A stretch of 63,649 nt of DNA, counting the filler, from Octopus bimaculoides (Eukaryota), in assembly GCF_001194135.2 (NCBI RefSeq). It is 6 parts of 6 records of this genome, joined end to end, with 100 filler letters (N's around TTAATTAATTAA, not from the genome) between each part and the next. Parts side by side here need not be neighbours in the genome. Positions count along the whole stretch, not along the records: positions 35,218 to 39,322 come from NC_068993.1; positions 39,423 to 51,070 come from NC_069001.1; 4 more parts are not named here. The stretch is one strand, 5' to 3'. Below the pieces are notes generated by a model. It saw only the letters and a program-made list of their open reading frames with translations. It was not told the DNA's origin and did not search any database. The position numbers and the translations under genes are program-made. The first letter of the stretch is position 1. Every line of letters starts with the position of its first letter. Below are positions 37,057-49,601 of the stretch, piece after piece.

Positions 37057-37815
37057 ATTTTTTTTGGATTTCCATAAATTTGAATATTGCAATGTCTTCT
37101 TCTATTCTATTTCCTATCTAGAGGTGAGTTTCATGAATTTCAGTCGTATAGTTCACCAGAAAGAAAAAAAAAGACAATCTTCTGGCTTTATACTTTTGAA
37201 GAGTAGTTTTTGTGTGTGTGTGTGTGTGTGTGCACACGCATGTACGCAAGTGTATATGTGTATATAGATGCTTGTGTCTCCTTTTCTTAACATTATGTGA
37301 TTGCCACATATAAATATCACTATCATGGAAGTGATGTCATCAGTCTGTTGTCATCATTGAATAGAAGTCCAGAGAAAGGGAACCATTTCCTTGCATAGGA
37401 ATAGATTGAAGATTGTTGACAGGCTGTAGAAACTCTGCCTTGACATCCATCTGACTCATGGAAAAGTTAAAGTGATGATGATGACGACGATGATGATGAT
37501 GAAAGCAATGATAGTATTTCAAAGACTCTGGTAAAGAAAGAACTGAGTATTCTTCATGGTATGTTGTCTGCTGCTCCAATTTTATATTAACAGTGGTGTT
37601 TTTTTTTTTTGTTGTTTTTTTCTCTCTCTTTTTACAGGACTTACAAAAACAAGCTTGGTCAAACTGAATACTGTTGTTTTTGTTATTACGATTTTCGTAC
37701 AGAGAACACAATTCAAGAATGTCTTTCAAAAAATAAAAATGACACTCGTCGGCCATTTTGCATTTGCAATAAGGGCAAACTTCCAAGTATGTAAAATGTT
37801 TGTTTTGCATTTTAA

Positions 37816-38035
37816 CCCTTTAGTGTTCGCATTATTCTGCCAAAATTAATGCTTTTTTATCCACATCATTTTGAACTAATCATGCATTATCTTGTAGCTA
37901 TGAGATTTTTATGAGGTAACTGTTAATTTTTAAAACGATATTGTAGGATTGATGTGAGAGACCAGATCTGACCAGTTTGAACATAAAACAGGCAGAATAC
38001 TTTTGGCCGGATGTGGCCGGTTTAAATGCTAAAGG
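37816..38035. mobile_element. piggyBac-type MITE
   Basis: TTAA|CCCTTTAGTGTT ... AATGCTAAAGG|TTAA, with TTAA TSDs at 37812-37815 and 38036-38039. Confidence 0.8.
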
Positions 38036-38341
38036 TTAAACCCCTGAGCTTTTCTATCCAACATGATCTTTCTTTCTCATGTTTGTAATTTGTGTATCAT
38101 TTTAAGTAGGTCCAATCATCCCATAAATGCTCCCACATTAGCTTGAGTTGGTCGTTGTTCATTCGCCTTGACTCACTTGATTTTGTACAGTTCTTAAAGC
38201 TGTGATCACCATGTTCCGTTCTCAAACTTATTCGTTTTGATATGTGCCTAGAACTACAGTATTTGATTTAATAAAAGTATCAGGGTTTGATGTGAAGGAA
38301 ATTTGGTTGTTATTTTTAGTCAATCAAGCAACATTTTAGAG

Positions 38342-38738
38342 CAGTGTTTCTCAACCATTTTTTGCCTATGGACCTCTTTGATTCTTATTTTACATGGGTG
38401 GACATTCCCAGCTGTTCAGTGTCTAAAAATTCCTATAATTATAGGAGAGTATTGTAGTTCGCTTGAAGCATTGTGTATTGTTTGTAAAGAATGAAAAGTT
38501 TTGAATGGTACAACAATGCACTATAAAACAAAAAATGGACTATATACCTGTTGTAATTTGGTTATCTATAGTCCGATGATATTACAATTCCTTCTTCAAA
38601 TCTTCTTTGCTGGAGAAATTTTATTATGAATTGTATAAGAAAAATTTAAGTATTTCATTTATTGTAGAAGTATAATCAGTTTATTGCACATAAGTTTCAA
38701 CAGCAAAATCTTATGTTGACCCCAGTTGAGAACCACTG
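38342..38738. mobile_element. hAT (Charlie-like) non-autonomous element
   Basis: TIRs CAGTGTTTCTCAAC / GTTGAGAACCACTG (1 mismatch). 8-bp TSD TTTTAGAG / CTTTAGAG. Confidence 0.88.
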
Positions 38739-38980
38739 CTTTAGAGATCCCCTTGTTAAGACATTTGCATCCAATGGGCATCTGTCTTCTAAAACAGAGC
38801 ATGATGTTTGTTCCCTATCCTATAGAACGGTGTCAACTCTGATATTGCCCCTCCCCCCACTCACTACAGCTACCACTGTGTGCTTCTGACCTCAAACCTT
38901 GTTCCTATATATATATATATATATATCTCTTTCTTCCCCCACCGTACAGATTTATTATACTGCTGCTCTCCAACCTTTCT

Positions 38981-39214
38981 TATTTCTTTATTGCCCACAA
39001 GGGGCTAAACATAGAGAGGACAAACAAGGACAGACAAAGGGGTTAAGTCGATTACATCGACTCCAGTGGATAACTGGTACTTAATTTATCGACCCCGAAA
39101 GGATGAAAGGCAAAGTCGACCTCAGCAGAATTTGAACTCAGAACGTAACGGCAGACGAAATACCGCTAAACATTTCGCCCGGTGTGCTAACGATTCTGCC
39201 AGCTCACCGCCTTG
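38981..39214 (-). mobile_element. SINE family B (tail variant ii) with a 17-bp TSD
   Basis: TGCTCTCCAACCTTTCT (38964-38980) and TGCTCTCCACCCTTTCT (39215-39231). Confidence 0.9.
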
Positions 39215-39322
39215 TGCTCTCCACCCTTTCTGTACTGTGATTCACCATCTCCTCCTCCTTCTGGAAGAGAATCAAAGTGGAAGGGGGGAAAAAAAAAAAG
39301 ACTTTTTTTTCTTTTTTCACTT

Positions 39323-39422
39323 NNNNNNNNNNNNNNNNNNNNNNNNNNNNNNNNNNNNNNNNNNNNTTAATTAATTAANNNNNNNNNNNNNNNNNNNNNN
39401 NNNNNNNNNNNNNNNNNNNNNN
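39323..39422. other. Scaffold-join linker (44N-TTAATTAATTAA-44N)
   Basis: As at 29139. Confidence 0.95.
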
Positions 39423-40800
39423 TATATAAGAGAAAACTGGAAAAGGTACCTAGACGATTGTTTTATCATCTGGAATGAAACCTATGATAAACTCCTGGAT
39501 TTCAAATCCACACTGAACAATATAAACGCCAATATTCAATTTACAATGGAAAATAGCAAGGAACAGCTCCCATTTCTGGACATTTTGATTATAAAAAAAT
39601 CCAACAACCAAATTGCAGCTGACATTACTAGAAACCAACAGACTCAAAACAGTATCTCCTTTTCAGTCCATGCCATCCTAAACACACCAAAATAGATAGC
39701 CCATTCAATCTAGCTAAAAGGATCTGTACAATTGTATCTCACACAACCACTCGGGAACTACGCCTACAAGACCTCAAAATAACACTCATTGAAGGTCAAT
39801 ACCCACTCGCACTTATAGACCAGGGAATTGAACGTGCCAAGAAATTGGACACAGACACACTAAGGACAACAAAATAAAACACACTACACTTCACTTTAAA
39901 TCACTCCCATACATATCAACCAACAACCCCAGAAGCAATGAAGCATACAACACAATTATACAAATCTCACTCTGCTCACTCAAGACCCGAAAATGAACAA
40001 CATCCTAAATACACATAAACACCTCAAATGCAAAAGACAACACAAATCACTCAAGAGACTCCTAACAAATGCAAACTATACTCAATACATATAATACCAA
40101 CAGTTAAAAANNNNNNNNNNAAAAGACAACACAAATCACTCAAGAGACTCCTAACAAATGCAAACTATACTCAATACATATAATACCAACAGTTAAAAAT
40201 GCAGATGACTTTACTGTAGTACATTCCCATACCTAACTGAAGGCTTGGAATTCACATTCCAGCAAGGAGAAAAATTCTCAATTAAGACCAACTTCACATG
40301 TGCTTCCCAGAATCTTCTCTATGTCCTAAACTGCTCAGATTGTGGCCACAATTATGTGGGCCAAACGAGCCTTACTTTGTCATGCAGCATAAAGAACAGA
40401 TTCGTTTTCCTCAGTACAGGCAGATAGCCCTGAGCGAACATATCGACAGATGCGCCAGAAGTAAAACGCTGAATTTCCATATCTTTCCATTATACCAATG
40501 CAAAGATTCAATCTCCTTACAAGAACGCCTAAACAAGGAAAAACTGGTTCATACAAGAGTACAGACCACGCCTTAATATACAAACTTGACCACTTCAAAA
40601 ATTATACTGAGGAGTTAGTTGTCCCCCTTGCCACATGTTACCGCCCTTGGTCCACTCTCTAGACTCATTCTTATTTTTCAAGCATCCAAAATGGCGAGAT
40701 CCCTTTGTCATAAGAATTGATTACTTCACAATGTCTCTTGAAAAGCTAATTTAAATAGCGAAAACCCGTTCTGTTGGATATCACTACATCCATAAAATAT
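39423..40800 (+). mobile_element. Penelope-like element, 3' half (RT palm/thumb, GIY-YIG, 3' terminal region)
   Basis: Reads WKRYLDDCFIIW (YLDD at 39445-39456)...IQFTME...LPFLDILI...PTDSKQYL...CHPKHTK, then FTCASQNLLYVLNCSDCGHNYVGQT...IFPLYQC. Frameshifted. Confidence 0.92.
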
Positions 40801-42440
40801 CTTTAAATTAAAAACAAATTCTTTNNNNNNNNNNNNNNNNNNNNNNNNNNNNNNNNNNNNNNNNNNNNNNNNNNNNNNNNNNNNNNNNNNNNNNNNNNNN
40901 NNNNNNNNNNNNNNNNNNNNNNNNNNNNNNNNNNNNNNNNNNNNNNNNNNNNNNNNNNNNNNNNNNNNNNNNNNNNNNNNNNNNNNNNNNNNNNNNNNNN
41001 NNNNNNNNNNNNNNNNNNNNNNNNNNNNNNNNNNNNNNNNNNNNNNNNNNNNNNNNNNNNNNNNNNNNNNNNNNNNNNNNNNNNNNNNNNNNNNNNNNNN
41101 NNNNNNNNNNNNNNNNNNNNNNNNNNNNNNNNNNNNNNNNNNNNNNNNNNNNNNNNNNNNNNNNNNNNNNNNNNNNNNNNNNNNNNNNNNNNNNNNNNNN
41201 NNNNNNNNNNNNNNNNNNNNNNNNNNNNNNNNNNNNNNNNNNNNNNNNNNNNNNNNNNNNNNNNNNNNNNNNNNNNNNNNNNNNNNNNNNNNNNNNNNNN
41301 NNNNNNNNNNNNNNNNNNNNNNNNNNNNNNNNNNNNNNNNNNNNNNNNNNNNNNNNNNNNNNNNNNNNNNNNNNNNNNNNNNNNNNNNNNNNNNNNNNNN
41401 NNNNNNNNNNNNNNNNNNNNNNNNNNNNNNNNNNNNNNNNNNNNNNNNNNNNNNNNNNNNNNNNNNNNNNNNNNNNNNNNNNNNNNNNNNNNNNNNNNNN
41501 NNNNNNNNNNNNNNNNNNNNNNNNNNNNNNNNNNNNNNNNNNNNNNNNNNNNNNNNNNNNNNNNNNNNNNNNNNNNNNNNNNNNNNNNNNNNNNNNNNNN
41601 NNNNNNNNNNNNNNNNNNNNNNNNNNNNNNNNNNNNNNNNNNNNNNNNNNNNNNNNNNNNNNNNNNNNNNNNNNNNNNNNNNNNNNNNNNNNNNNNNNNN
41701 NNNNNNNNNATATACATGTAGGTGTGTGTGTGTATGTATGTACGTGTGCATCCTTATATGTATGACCAAATCTGGAATGGGATTCTACGTTGTTTCCGTT
41801 CGAAAAATTCACTCATTAGGCATTATTCGACTCGAGACTATAAGAAAACAAATGATCGAGATGCCGCAGATGCCGTGCAGTGGGACTGAACCCGAAACCA
41901 TGTTTGCGAAGCGAGCTTGTTCATGACACACCCAGGTCTGCATCTATATACATAAATGACGTAGATTTGAATAACCCATGATTCTGTAGATTCTGAAAGG
42001 TCGAGGCGGTAGCGACTACAGGACTCGAACTTAGATCTGCCAGTTCTCATATAAGCGGAGCACGGTCTGATCTAATTTCCTCTTCCACAATCAACATACC
42101 CTCTGTTGCCATTATTCTCGTCGTCGCCGCCATTTTCATTGTTCTAGTCTATTCTCGTTTCACCTTTGACCTTGCGTGTCCTCTTGTTACTATTGTTTTC
42201 GTTATTCTTTTGTAGCCTCGTTTTACTTTTAACCTTTTGTGTCCTCTTCAGGTCATTGTTCGTGTAGCTGCCATCCTCACATTCATTGTTCTGCTGTAGC
42301 ATCATTTCTCTCTTGACTTTGTAGACCAATGAACAAAAGCTTCCCAACCGTGGCCATCTCATCTATTTTTAATTGCACACAGTACAGTTAAAATGGCATT
42401 TATTTAATGTGTCCTTTTTTTCTCTGACGGTTGCAGGATA

Positions 42441-43174
42441 TACGTGGCCTGATCAATAAGTATCCGGACTGTTTTCATAGTAATGTAGCTAAAGCACGGA
42501 GAGTGAAGCCTTAACCTTAAACTTTACTGTGCTTGCTTACTAAATTTTAACGGTCTAGCTCACTTCCGCTGTTTATAGCTGTGATTAGAAGGAAGGTGTG
42601 TAGCGTTTGAACGTCGCATTGACTATAACAGAGAAATCTGAGCAGAGAATCTGCATTAAATTTTGCCAAAAGTTTGGTGATACCTGTTCAGAGGCCTATG
42701 TAAAGTTTTCAAAGACTTTTCATCTTTCTCCACAAAATCAAGGAAAACTTGTGCAACTGAAACCCGAGTGTCTTTTTGGTCAGCCGAAAGCAGTTTTGGC
42801 ACAAACTTGGCAGACACACGTCTCATACCCAAATCTTTAGTGATAATGGACTGAACTGAACCATAACTTATTTGCACATCTGATAACTCATGGATGGTGA
42901 TTCGACGATTTCCCCAAACAGTTGCACGCACATCTGCGATGTTTTTTTCTCAGTTCTGCTGGTTGCGGGTCTCCGAGAACGTTCGTCAATATCGACATTT
43001 TGTCGGCCATCTTGGAAATGTCTGAACCACTTGTACAATTGTGTGCGACTCATACACTCCTCCCCATACACTTTATGCAACTTTCGGTAGGCCTTTGAGC
43101 AGGTATCATGACAACTTTCTCTGTCGTGGTCACTGCGACGATCACATGCTACACACCTTCCTTCCAAGCACTGC
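42441..43174. mobile_element. Two related mariner 5' fragments fused convergently: + copy 42441-42714 with TIR; - copy 42715-43174
   Basis: TIR TA|CGTGGCCTGATCAATAAGTATCCGGAC. The + copy reads EQRICIKFCQKFGDT; the - copy reads VYGEECMSRTQLYKWF...RSRRP...GMRRVSAKFVPKLL. Confidence 0.85.
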
Positions 43175-44039
43175 TAGTGTACATTTACATACATATACGA
43201 GTCTAAGAGGCAGAACGCGCTCAGGAACGTGTAGACATTCACTTGGTCGTCTAGTATTACCACCACTTTGAAGTATGCTGGTTATATAAGACGTCAAGTT
43301 TAGCATTATATTTCGAAGGTAATTCCCACTAGCATTCACCTCCCTATCAGTAGTCTCCCCTTAACGGTAAAAAAGTTAATAGCCGTATTGGTTGGTAGTT
43401 CTTATCTTTTTTTTTTTTTTCACGTTATGTTGAGATGGTGTAGAAGGGCATAAGCGGCCTTGTGCCACTTATAACCTAGTCTTCTCCCCACACCTTTTTA
43501 TTTACTGGTTCATTTTTTCTTCTCTATTTATGTCTGCCCCTGTAACGGTCTTAACTTGCCCTTGGATTAAGTATAACTGACCAATTGTAGAGATGGCAGG
43601 GCGTTGGTCAATTTCATTACGGACAACAGGTGTTTGGTCTCTAGAATATTTCAGTAAGTACACCAGTGTAAAAATTCTACGGGTTTCGTTTTGGATAAAT
43701 AATATTTATCTCTATTTATGGAATCATAAGTACTATGCTTTTTCTAGATATATTGGCGATTCCTGTTTTACTTTAGCACTAGATTTATCCTACTACTATG
43801 TATACACTCTGGTACCCCTACGTAAAGGGATGACCAATAAATTATTTCTCTAGCTCATTTGCTAGTTCACCCTTTTGCCCATCGACTTCAAGCTTTACAC
43901 TGCAAAATGGTATGATTGTAATATATTGATCCTTCTGGCCTCATTTCGAGGCCCTGTTCTTTCCTCTGCCCTCTTCCCTTCATTTATTTTATGTTATGTA
44001 TTTGTATTCACTCTGATGATGTGCCATGTACTAGATCGA

Positions 44040-44224
44040 ATGTGCTATAAAGATAACAAATATTATTTTCGGAATTTTCTTTGTAAACACCGATTGACAT
44101 TGGCAGCCGAAACGGCCGTAAGAAATGTTATGTAATGTTATGTCTTGTATTAAAAATAATTAACCGATGTTGGTCAATTTGTTTGTTTGTTAATCAAAAG
44201 TTTTTTCCATTTTCTGCTTATTTA
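44040..44224 (+). repeat. Dispersed repeat with a hammerhead-like signature; second copy in opposite orientation at 62971-63155
   Basis: TTTTCGGAATTT...CACCGA...GAAACGGCCGTAAGAAATG...GGTCAATTTGTTTGTTTGTT matches the rc of 62971-63155. Confidence 0.75.
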
Positions 44225-44381
44225 TACACACAGATATATATGCATATATTCCCACTTATACACTTGTAGATAGATCGAGGGCAATGATATGTATCTAATC
44301 ATTACATCCAATGACAAAGAGATTCACTGGTTCCTACTCCAACCCGGCTCTACTTCTCACTTTTCTAATTTGCATGAAATT

Positions 44382-44437
<56 letters not shown>

Positions 44438-44685
44438 AGGAGACAGAGAAAGAGAGGCAGAGAAACAGAGAGACAGAGAGTGTTAAAAGATGTAGGGGGA
44501 AGATCTAAGAGCTGTCTCTTTGTCAACATAACACACACATATCGACCCAACAGATCTTTGGTGCAACACAGGAAGCGCAGATTGAAAGATTCGCGGTTAA
44601 CCTCTAACCTGAAGTCGATATCAAATAGGATTCACTTCAACAACATGTCACCAGATGGTGTCTGTTGGTAAGTATGTACATAAAT

Positions 44686-44725
<40 letters not shown>

Positions 44726-44769
44726 TACCTTCATGAATACATAGATACATCTATACGCACACATGTTGG

Positions 44770-44973
44770 TTTCAAATTTTGGCACATCATCAATTTCGGG
44801 AGTGGGGTAAGTGGATTACATCGACCCAGCGTTCAACTGGTTCTCATTTTATCGACCTCGAAAGGATGAAAGGCAAAATCGAATCGGTGGAATTTGAACT
44901 CAGAACGTACAGGCGGACGAAGAGCAGCAAAGCATTTTTCGCGGCATGCTCACTACCCTGCCAGCTCGCTGCC
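44770..44973 (-). mobile_element. SINE family B (tail variant iii)
   Basis: Nin core plus TGGTTTCAAATTTTGGCAC tail. Confidence 0.85.
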
Positions 44974-45590
44974 CTACATACATATATATACATGCATATA
45001 TTCATACATAAATTCAGAGAAACACGCATATTCTCCTGTGTAGTCGAACTATAGCGGTATCAGAACTTACCTTTAAGTCTAGTACCTGTTGTATCGGTCA
45101 TATTTGTGGAACCGTCAAGTAATGGGGACTTAATCAAACCAATATGATTATCAGTTTGTGATAGTGGTGGTGGGCAAACGCAAGCACAAAGATGCATACA
45201 CATACATAAATTTTGTATATATATATATATATATATATACAAAGAGCTTTCGTCACCAGCCTGTGATTATCCCACACTGAGAACAAGTAACCACCTGGAA
45301 ACCTAGGTCTGTGAATATCACGTAAGGCTTGGGATGGAAGCGATGACCTTCCTTGTAAATGCTATACGGACACAGACTGTGTGTCAATAGCAAGCTGGAA
45401 AAGATGTTTTCCTGGGGCTAAAACAACAGTAATATCGTCCTTTATAAGACTGCCACATTCTCTTAGCATATAAGCTTTACTATATATATATATATATATT
45501 TATATGTATACATACATACACACACATACATAAATACATACATACAGACAAACAGACAGACAGACAGACAGAAATATATATATATATGTT

Positions 45591-46330
45591 CTTGGCTTCG
45601 CTTCGCTGATGATGTTTAGGAAGGCTGTTGTCCACGTCGTCTGCACGCTCATCAGTCGCTGATAAGGCCGATATGGGATCGACACATCAGATTGCAGTGA
45701 TGATAGGGTATGGCTGTTCAGGGTCTGATGATGCAGCTGCACTGCTTTTTCGCCTCTTACGTTTGTCTTCAGGAGAGGCACTGCGACGGATCTCAAAGGT
45801 GGAAACAACAGCGCTGATGGTATGTCGTCAAGCAACGCGGTCAGCCGTGAGAGTGGACCACTAACAATAATCAATGTCACAGACGCTAAGTGACTGCTTC
45901 AGGTAATCCTTGTAACGCTTCTTTGGTGACCCTCTGTTGCGGTGGCTGGTGGTCGGCTCAAAGTACATGATGATTTTGGGTAGGCGGAGGTCTTTTATCT
46001 GTCAATGTGCCCTGCGAAACGCAGTCATGTCATAAGTAAAATGGCTTCCAGGCTGGTGACCTTTGGTCGCTGGAGGACCTCAGTGTTGGTGATGTAGTCG
46101 TTGCAGTAAATGTTGAGGATGGTCCGGAGGCAGCGTTGGTGAAAACGTTCGAGGAGTCTTGAGGTGATAGCAGTAGAGGACACAGAACTCAGAGCCATTT
46201 AGGAGCGTCGTGAGGACCATACCTCTGTACACTCTGACTTTTGTCTGATCTTGTAATTGTAATTGGCAGAAGTTACAAAAGTGGACTAAAGACTGAGGGC
46301 CTTGTACATGGCACTTTTCAGGCGGTATAT
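45591..46330 (-). pseudogene. 3' end of an RTE-clade LINE (post-RT region and C-terminal zinc-finger relic)
   Basis: Reads TKVRVYRGMVLTTLLNGSE...ERFHQRCLRTILNI...ITNTEVL...LPKIIMY...PKKRYKD...IGLISD*RAC. It ends GCGAAGCCAAGAA. Confidence 0.88.
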
Positions 46331-46489
46331 GAAATATAACTGGGGCAACAAGATCAATTGTGCCAAGGAATTTCAATTCCTTGGAATTTAGACATACCGA
46401 AACTATGCTGATTGTGACCCCTTTGGCTGATGAGAGGATTTCCACGTTTATTTGCCCTTTTCCGTTCATCGTTTCCATGTTCTACTTCG

Positions 46490-46727
46490 ACCTTCACGAT
46501 ATACATACATGCATGCACAGCATGTACAGCATGCACACACACATTCATACATACATACATAATACATACATACATACATACATACATACATACATACATA
46601 CATGGAAAGAGAGGGGAGAGAGAGGAACAGAGAGGGAGAGATGAAGTTTTGGGAAAACTAGGCAGAAAACACTGGAATATTTGTAGCACGAAAGAGATAT
46701 AGAGAGATAACGGGAGAAATATATGAG

Positions 46728-46766
<39 letters not shown>

Positions 46767-46855
46767 GAGAGGAGAGAGGGGAGAGGGACAGAGAGGTTAG
46801 GAGATATGATGAAAAGGAAGAGAGGGTGATAAAGAGGAAAAGAGANNNNNNNNNN

Positions 46856-46917
<62 letters not shown>

Positions 46918-47857
46918 GAGAGGAGAGAGGGGAGAGGGACAGAGAGGTTAGGAGATATGATGAAAAGGAAGAGAGGGTGATAAAGAGGAAAAGAGAGTGA
47001 TGCAGATGTATAGAGGAGACACGACGAAGACAGGGAAGAGACTGGAGAAGACAATAACACGTCATTGTATGTTTGTGTATGTATGTGTGTGTTTGTACAC
47101 GTGTGTGTTTGTGCATGTGCATATATGTGTATGCAAATTAGTGTAGAAGTGTATATATGTGTATGTGTTCTGTGTACATATATATGTATGTTAATTTATG
47201 TGTGGTGTATGTCTGTGTGTGTATGTGTGTAATAATAGGTTAGATGCGTGTGAAAGTATGTTAGTGCACACACACATATGCACGCGCGCATACACACACA
47301 CACACGCACTCACACACATATGCTTGCTGAACGTATGCGTATGTGTGAATGCATGTATGTACGTAAATGTTTCTGTTACATGTTTCTGTGTATGTGTGTG
47401 TGTGTGTGTGTGCGTTGTGTGTATGTGTGGATTTGTTTCTGTGGTGTGTATATCTGTGTGTGTGTATGCGTGCGTACAAATGTGTGTATGTACGTGTGTG
47501 CGTGTAGAAATACACACACACACGCACACATGTTCCTATATATGTATTCACACATGCGTATGCACACCAGAGAAACAAATTCACATATACACACAAAGCA
47601 TACATATATATATATAGATGAACATATACACACACAATCATATATACACACATGCTAATGCACATATACACATATATACGCATGTGTGTGAGTGTATATA
47701 ATGCGTACGGTCACCATGTATATGTGTGCATGTACAAATACATATATATACTGTATGTATATATATATATGTGTATACATGTGTATCAATCCGTATGTAT
47801 AGATGTGTATGTATGTATATGGGTATATATGTTTGCCATATTTGTATGTAATATATC

Positions 47858-47932
<75 letters not shown>

Positions 47933-48708
47933 TATATGCTGACCAATCAGTCACTCTATATCACCGGTGACATTTAACTTATGGCGCATCGGCCCGAGAG
48001 GAAATCGAGCCTAAATGCAGTAATAACTATAGAGTCACACACACACACATGCGCTTGCGCTCGTGCGCGTACGCACGCACACACACTGCTCACACGCACA
48101 CACACACACTCACGCACGCACACAGACGCACGCACGCAAGCACACAGACGCACGCACGAACTCACACACATAGCTAGATGCCCCTCTATATTCTTGCAAT
48201 TCCCTATACATATATACATACANNNNNNNNNNNNNNNNNNNNNNNNNNNNNNNNNNNNNNNNNNNNNNNNNNNNNNNNNNNNNNNNNNNNNNNNNNNNNN
48301 NNNNNNNNNNNNNNNNNNNNNNNNNNNNNNNNNNNNNNNNNNNNNNNNNNNNNNNNNNNNNNNNNNNNNNNNNNNNNNNNNNNNNNNNNNNNNNNNNNNN
48401 NNNNNNNNNNNNNNNNNNNNNNNNNNNNNNNNNNNNNNNNNNNNNNNNNNNNNNNNNNNNNNNNNNNNNNNNNNNNNNNNNNNNNNNNNNNNNNNNNNNN
48501 NNNNNNNNNNNNNNNNNNNNNNNNNNNNNNNNNNNNNNNNNNNNNNNNNNNNNNNNNNNNNNNNNNNNNNNNNNNNNNNNNNNNNNNNNNNNNNNNNNNN
48601 NNNNNNNNNNNNNNNNNNNNNNNNNNNNNNNNNNNNNNNNNNNNNNNNNNNNNNNNNNNNNNNNNNNNNNNNNNNNNNNNNNNNNNNNNNNNNNNNNNNN
48701 NNNNNNNN

Positions 48709-48739
<31 letters not shown>

Positions 48740-49160
48740 ATGAATACACATGCACTTAGAGGAAAGCACGCATGCGCTTACAAACGTATACGCTATACAT
48801 ACTCACTTGCAAACGCGCCCACACCCGTATACATAACGGGCATACATGAACATACATAGAAATACACTTCCACCTTACATTCACATACACCCACACATAC
48901 ATACACACACATACGTATACACTCACACATCGATGCGCATATACGCATCCAGTGACTGTCATACAAAGGAAGAGTCACGTATTTACGCCCAACCATACAC
49001 AAAACCATACGTACGTGCACACAATGTACATTTGTATACATCTATACACACACACACACATGCACGAGCGCGTATATATGTTGTCTTCGCGCACCCACAA
49101 TACAGGCTCAAACACATGCATGCGTACACAGACATATACACACGCATATAAACACACAAA
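46490..49160. repeat. Compound microsatellite field: (CATA)n, (GA)n, (TG/CA/TA)n mosaic
   Basis: Directly visible; source of many spurious C/V/Y/H/T-rich ORFs. Confidence 0.95.
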
Positions 49161-49283
49161 CACTTGTGTTGTTACATATATACACCCGTCGCCACTCACC
49201 TACACAACCGTTGTGAAAATGTCAGGGTTGAAAGGTTCGGGCAAGTAGCTTCAGTGATGGAATGGTCTCGGTTATAGTCGTAG

Positions 49284-49601
49284 AGCTGGTGGTGGTGTTG
49301 GTGGTGGTGTTGGTGGTGGTGTTGGTGGTAGTGTTGGCGGTGGTGGTTGTTTTTGCTGTTGTTGTGATGGTGGTAGTGGTGGTGGTAGAGATTACAGCGG
49401 TAGTTGATGATGATGATGTTGCTGTTTGTGGTGGTGGTGGTGGTGGTTGTTGTGGTGGTTGTTGTGGTAGTTGTGGTGGAGGTGGTGGTGATGGTTGTTG
49501 TGATAGCTGTGGTGTTGGTGTTGGTGGTGGTGGTGGTGATAGTAGAGGTTATAGTGCTGTTTGTCGTGATGGTCTTGTTTTAGTGGTGGTGTTGCTGGTG
49601 A
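49284..49601. repeat. Degenerate (GGT/GTT/GAT)n low-complexity tract
   Basis: Directly visible. Confidence 0.9.

Noticed and set aside
40032-40199. Exact 79-bp direct duplication inside the PLE (40032-40110 and 40121-40199)
   Set aside because: The copies flank a 10-N gap and are identical, so this is an unmerged contig overlap.
40737-40780. Hammerhead at the 3' end of the 39423 PLE (CTTGAAAA-GCTA/TAGC-GAAA)
   Set aside because: Stem II and GAAA are present, but the core is non-canonical and stem I cannot be paired convincingly.
42100-42362. Minus-strand N/K/E-rich ORF ending at a GTATGT donor
   Set aside because: In-frame stop before the donor; it looks like a decayed low-complexity duplication.
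46363-46384. 9-bp hairpin CCAAGGAAT-TTCA-ATTCCTTGG
   Set aside because: Isolated short palindrome with no context; expected by chance.
46741-46995. ~100-bp purine-rich direct repeat
   Set aside because: Identical copies either side of a 10-N gap (46846-46855); an assembly overlap artefact.
47191-49248. Many overlapping C/V/Y/H/T-rich ORFs
   Set aside because: Translations of CA/TA/TG microsatellite mosaics on both strands.
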